From: Escherichia coli
Lineage (GTDB): Bacteria; Pseudomonadota; Gammaproteobacteria; Enterobacterales; Enterobacteriaceae
DNA length: 64,000 nucleotides
Assembly: GCF_003019035.1 (NCBI RefSeq)
Contig: NZ_CP027447.1
Strand: one strand, 5' to 3'
Every line of letters begins with the position of its first letter. Positions within the stretch are counted from its first letter, which is position 1. Of the stretch, positions 60,141-64,000 are shown one piece after another. The notes under the pieces are model-generated. The model had not been told where the DNA came from. It did not search any database and was given only the letters and a program-made list of their open reading frames with translations. Made by a program: the position numbers and the translations under genes.

Positions 60141-61721
60141 TTATTGCATCAGTTGGTTAACCGCCTGTTGTTGCTCCCAAAGCGTCAGGTAAACCCGGTA
60201 TTTACGCTCTAAAAATTCACGGCGTTGTGGATTTACCTGAATAACCTCTCCGGCCTCAACCATTGCTTTACACGCAGATGTAAAATCCCCCCATGCTCCG
60301 CTGGCAACAGCGCCGCTAATTGCTGCGCCCAACGTAACGGCATCTTCTTCTTGCATCAGGTGGATATCGCAACCTGTCACGTCTGCATATTCGCGTAGCC
60401 ATAAAGGGTTGTGCGTTGCACCACCACATAATGTTAATCGGGTAATGGTATGCCCATTTTCCCGCAGAGTTTCAATAATATGTCTGGTGCCAAAGGCTAT
60501 TGCCTGTAAAGTCGCAAGATAAAGCCGCGCGAGCTGATTTTCACCACGCTCCAGTGTTAAGCCATAAACACTGCCTCTGGCATCGGGCCGCGCTCGTGGC
60601 GAACGGTTGCCGTGATGATCGGCAAGCACATGTAAATTTCGTGTGGGTTCTGACTCGTTAGCTTCCAGGGCGGCTACCCATTCATTAATCAGTTGAATCG
60701 GATGACACCCGCGTTGCTGCGCCTTGTTAAAAAGATTTGCGCTTGCCCCGGACTCCTGAAGCGTCCACTCCACCAGCGCCCCTGCGGCGCTTTGCCCGCC
60801 TTCAGTTAGCCAGTAATTTGGCAACATGGCCGACCAGTATGGCCCCCAGACGCCAGGGGTGAATATTTCTTTTTCACTGCACAACATATGGCAATTCGAC
60901 GTTCCGCTTATCAATGCCAGCGTTCCTGATGGCTGCGCGCCAGCCAGCGCCATGCCACCGGCATGGGCATCAATCAAACCACTGGCCACGATAACATTGG
61001 TCGTTAATCCTAATTCTTCAGCAGCTGTGGCAGTTAAAGTTCCCACGGCAGCACCAGGCGGAAGAATTTCGGCGGGAATTCTTTCGAGCATGTCGGTCAG
61101 GTCTACCGATTCCAGTAAGCTATGGCTAAAGCGTTGTTCATGAGCCAGATAATTCCATTTACACGTTAGCGTGCACAATCCCGCGACGTCTCGCCCTGTT
61201 GCTTTCCAGACCAGAAAATCCGCCAGATCGAAAAAGCGATGAGCGGCCTGCCAGGTTTGCGGTAGATGCGTCTTCAACCAACGTAACTTTGGTAACTCCA
61301 TCTCGACGCTCACTTCGCCGCCAACGTAGCGCAATGCGGGATCCTTCGTTGCGTTAATCTGCGCCGTCTCGACAGTTGCACGATGATCCATCCACATAAT
61401 AATGTCGTGATTCGCAGATCCACCGGACGAAACCGCTAAACCCTGGCCTTGTTCATCAAGAACAACCAGCGAGCAGGTAGCGTCAAAACCCAGTGAGCGA
61501 ATTGCGGAAATGGGGATGCCTGCCAAAGCTGTCGCCTCTTTCACCGTTTTACAAACTTGTTGCCAGATCTCTGCCGAAGACTGTTCGACACGCTCGCCGC
61601 CAGGGCGAAACTGGGAGACGGGCGCAGTAGCGAATGCCAGCCTGTGGCCACTGGCACTGTAAACGCCTGCCCTGACACTGGCCGATCCGACATCGACACC
61701 GAGAAAATAACCGTTGTGCAT
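60141..61721 (-). CDS. FGGY-family sugar (pentulose-type) kinase
   Basis: Frame of ORF 60141-61769; likely start MHNGYFLGVDVGSASVRAGVY (FGGY N-terminal motif); C-terminal GGATHNPLW region. Confidence 0.82.
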   Translation of the reverse strand: MHNGYFLGVDVGSASVRAGVYSASGHRLAFATAPVSQFRPGGERVEQSSAEIWQQVCKTVKEATALAGIPISAIRSLGFDATCSLVVLDEQGQGLAVSSGGSANHDIIMWMDHRATVETAQINATKDPALRYVGGEVSVEMELPKLRWLKTHLPQTWQAAHRFFDLADFLVWKATGRDVAGLCTLTCKWNYLAHEQRFSHSLLESVDLTDMLERIPAEILPPGAAVGTLTATAAEELGLTTNVIVASGLIDAHAGGMALAGAQPSGTLALISGTSNCHMLCSEKEIFTPGVWGPYWSAMLPNYWLTEGGQSAAGALVEWTLQESGASANLFNKAQQRGCHPIQLINEWVAALEANESEPTRNLHVLADHHGNRSPRARPDARGSVYGLTLERGENQLARLYLATLQAIAFGTRHIIETLRENGHTITRLTLCGGATHNPLWLREYADVTGCDIHLMQEEDAVTLGAAISGAVASGAWGDFTSACKAMVEAGEVIQVNPQRREFLERKYRVYLTLWEQQQAVNQLMQ

Positions 61722-61774
61722 AAAGCCTCCCTGACGCTGGAGATAACGGGGATGAGAATTCATCCCCAATTTTT

Positions 61775-62725
61775 TTATTTCTTACCGAATGGGTGCAGGA
61801 GTTTGTCGATTTCTGGCGTGTTAATATTCTCGGCATTAACAAATTTCACGGGAATATCGATCTCTTTTTCAACGGCTTGCCCCGAAAGGGCCGCGTTCAA
61901 CGTTTTGATCCCTTGATAGCCAATCTGGTATGCATCCTGAACAACAAAGCCCTGAATGACCCCGTTCTTCAGGAAGTTAATAATCGCTTCCGTACTATCA
62001 AAACCAATGACCTTCACCTTACCTTTCAGATTCTGGCTATCAATGGCATTCGCCACCCCGAGCGTTGAACCTTCATTGGTGCCATAGATCCCAGCAAGAT
62101 CGGGATTGGCCTGAATCATATCGATAGTTTTATCCATCGCTTTTTGCGGGTCACCATCGCTGTACTGAACGGGTAAGACTTTAATGTCAGGATATTTTTC
62201 TTTCATACGCTCCATGAAGCCTTCCGAGCGTTCAATAGCGGAAGATGTTCCTGCAACGTGCGCGATAATCCCAACTTTCCCTTTATTATTTACCTGCGCA
62301 GCTAAGGCATCAGCTGCCTGAGCACCTGCTTTACGGTTATTGGTGGCGACAAAACTCACCGGAATGTCTGAATTGATGCCTGAATCAAAGGTCACCACTT
62401 TGATACCGCGTGAATTTGCCGTTTCTACCAGTGGGGCGAGCGCATTCGCGTCGAGGGCTGCCAGAAGCAAGCCATTCGGTTTCTGCGCCATCGCATTTTC
62501 GACTAACTGAATTTGCTCGGCTATTTGCGTTTCATCAGCCGGGCCAACATAGCTGGTTTTATCCCCCAACTCTTTAGCCGCAGCTTCAGTCCCCATTTTT
62601 ACGGTTTGCCAGAATTCATGTTGGAAACCTTTACTAACAACCGGAAGATTTAAATCCTTCGCCAGTGCGCTGGAAGTTACGCAGGCCAGCAGAGATAACG
62701 CATAGATAAAATGCCTGGTTTTCAT
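61775..62725 (-). CDS. Periplasmic sugar-binding protein of ABC transporter (RbsB-like)
   Basis: Frame of ORF 61775-62848; start at MKTRHFIYALSLLACVTSSALA (signal peptide); type I periplasmic binding fold. Confidence 0.82.
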   Translation of the reverse strand: MKTRHFIYALSLLACVTSSALAKDLNLPVVSKGFQHEFWQTVKMGTEAAAKELGDKTSYVGPADETQIAEQIQLVENAMAQKPNGLLLAALDANALAPLVETANSRGIKVVTFDSGINSDIPVSFVATNNRKAGAQAADALAAQVNNKGKVGIIAHVAGTSSAIERSEGFMERMKEKYPDIKVLPVQYSDGDPQKAMDKTIDMIQANPDLAGIYGTNEGSTLGVANAIDSQNLKGKVKVIGFDSTEAIINFLKNGVIQGFVVQDAYQIGYQGIKTLNAALSGQAVEKEIDIPVKFVNAENINTPEIDKLLHPFGKK

Positions 62726-62798
62726 TGTTGTACTCCGTTCTGAGTGAATCACCCTTAACGTCAGGGCAGTTGTTTCCCGATAAAACAGGGAGCCTAAG

Positions 62799-63782
62799 TC
62801 AACGAATCTTTTTGCGTAATGTATCGAGGTAAACGGCAGCGACCACAACGACGCCCATCGCGACCATTTGCCAGAACTGGGAGACGCCCATTAAATTGAG
62901 GCCATTTTTCAGTACACTCATAATGAAAGCGCCAATGATTGTGCCGCCAATAGTGCCAATACCGCCCATTAAGCTGGTTCCGCCAATCACTACCGCGGCA
63001 ATAGCTTCCAGTTCATAACCCACACCTACCGTCGGTTGTCCGGAGTTGAGACGAGATGCCAGAATGACACCTGCAATCCCCGTTAATAATCCACAGAAGG
63101 CATAGACGAAAATTTTCACGCGCTGAACTTTAATACCAGAAAGATGAGCAGCAACTTCATTACTGCCTACGGCATAGACATAGCGACCAATGACGGTTTT
63201 CTTCAGGATGTAAGCGCCGACAAGCGCTACAATGACAAGGTAGAAAACAGGATAAGGCAGCACATCAAATAAGCGTCCCTGAGCGAGCGTTTTGAACATC
63301 GGGTAATCGGCAAAATAGATGGCGCGCCCGTCAGTCATCACCATATTGATACCTCTGACGGACATCATCAGGCCCAACGTAGCGATAAACGGTGGAATGG
63401 TCATTTTAGTGACCAACAAACCATTCACATAGCCGCACAATCCACCGGCCAAAACACCAGCAATAATACACACAGGCAGCGGCAGGCCCAGCGTGGCGCA
63501 AATACCTACGGCGACACCAGAAAAAGCCACCACGGAGCCCAATGAAAGATCGATGCCAGCGGTAATAATGACGAAAGTTACCCCAATGGCCATAATGCCG
63601 ATTACCGACGTTTGTAGAGCAATCGTCATGATATTTTCGGTATTAAAGAAAAAGGGAGAGCTGAAACTAAAAAATAGCACCAATATAATTAAGCTAAAAA
63701 GAGGTGCAAGGCGCATCAAAAGTTCTTTATTTATCTTTATTTTCTTATTATTACTGTCTGGAGAGGTTACAGAGATAGTCAT
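62799..63782 (-). CDS. ABC sugar transporter permease (RbsC-like)
   Basis: 327-aa multi-TM ORF with branched-chain/sugar permease signature (GGIDLSLGSV). Confidence 0.85.
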   Translation of the reverse strand: MTISVTSPDSNNKKIKINKELLMRLAPLFSLIILVLFFSFSSPFFFNTENIMTIALQTSVIGIMAIGVTFVIITAGIDLSLGSVVAFSGVAVGICATLGLPLPVCIIAGVLAGGLCGYVNGLLVTKMTIPPFIATLGLMMSVRGINMVMTDGRAIYFADYPMFKTLAQGRLFDVLPYPVFYLVIVALVGAYILKKTVIGRYVYAVGSNEVAAHLSGIKVQRVKIFVYAFCGLLTGIAGVILASRLNSGQPTVGVGYELEAIAAVVIGGTSLMGGIGTIGGTIIGAFIMSVLKNGLNLMGVSQFWQMVAMGVVVVAAVYLDTLRKKIR

Positions 63783-63785
63783 AAT

Positions 63786-64000
63786 TTAATCCTCTAACGT
63801 CGCGTATTGCATGATTTTTTCTTGTGTCGCTTCATTTGCGCTAAGTTCGCCAGTAATTCGACCACTGCGCATCACTAAAATACGGTCGCACATTCCTAAC
63901 ACCTCTGGCAATTCAGAGGAGATCATGATGATTGATTTCCCTTTTGCCACCAGGCGATTCATTAACTCATAGATTTCCAGTTTGGCGCCAACATCAATGC
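63786..64000 (-). CDS. ABC transporter ATP-binding protein, C-terminal fragment (runs off window)
   Basis: Hand translation of minus strand: ...[64 protein letters not shown]-stop (stop is complement of 63786-63788); typical end of the second nucleotide-binding domain of RbsA-like ATPases. Not in ORF track (no start in window). Confidence 0.75.
   Translation of the reverse strand, partial: IDVGAKLEIYELMNRLVAKGKSIIMISSELPEVLGMCDRILVMRSGRITGELSANEATQEKIMQYATLED

Overview
This window reads as an Escherichia coli-type enterobacterial chromosome segment whose gene order matches the E. coli chromosome but whose cas genes, CRISPR repeats and two accessory loci differ from my memory of the K-12 reference. 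Order: iap 3' end, a 13-repeat type I-E CRISPR array, cas2-cas1-casE-casD-casC-casB-casA-cas3, an unlisted 50-aa hok-family toxin gene, cysH-cysI-cysJ, queD, the ygcN-ygcO-ygcP-ygcQ-ygcR-ygcS-ygcU-ygcW-yqcE-ygcE island, two orphan CRISPR arrays (one decayed), queE, lemA plus three tandem TPM-domain paralogs, eno, pyrG, mazG-mazF-mazE-relA, rlmD, barA, gudD-gudX-gudP, yqcA-truC-yqcC, the csrB sRNA, syd, queF, ppnN, sdaC-sdaB, xni, fucO-fucA, then a LacI-regulated FGGY-kinase/ABC sugar transporter operon where I expected fucPIKUR. The most interesting candidates are the lemA/TPM triplet, the hok toxin locus between cas3 and cysH, and the fuc-locus replacement. All identifications come from reading the supplied translations and DNA against remembered protein families and E. 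coli gene order; no database search or folding was run, and start codons adjusted from the ORF track are my inference.
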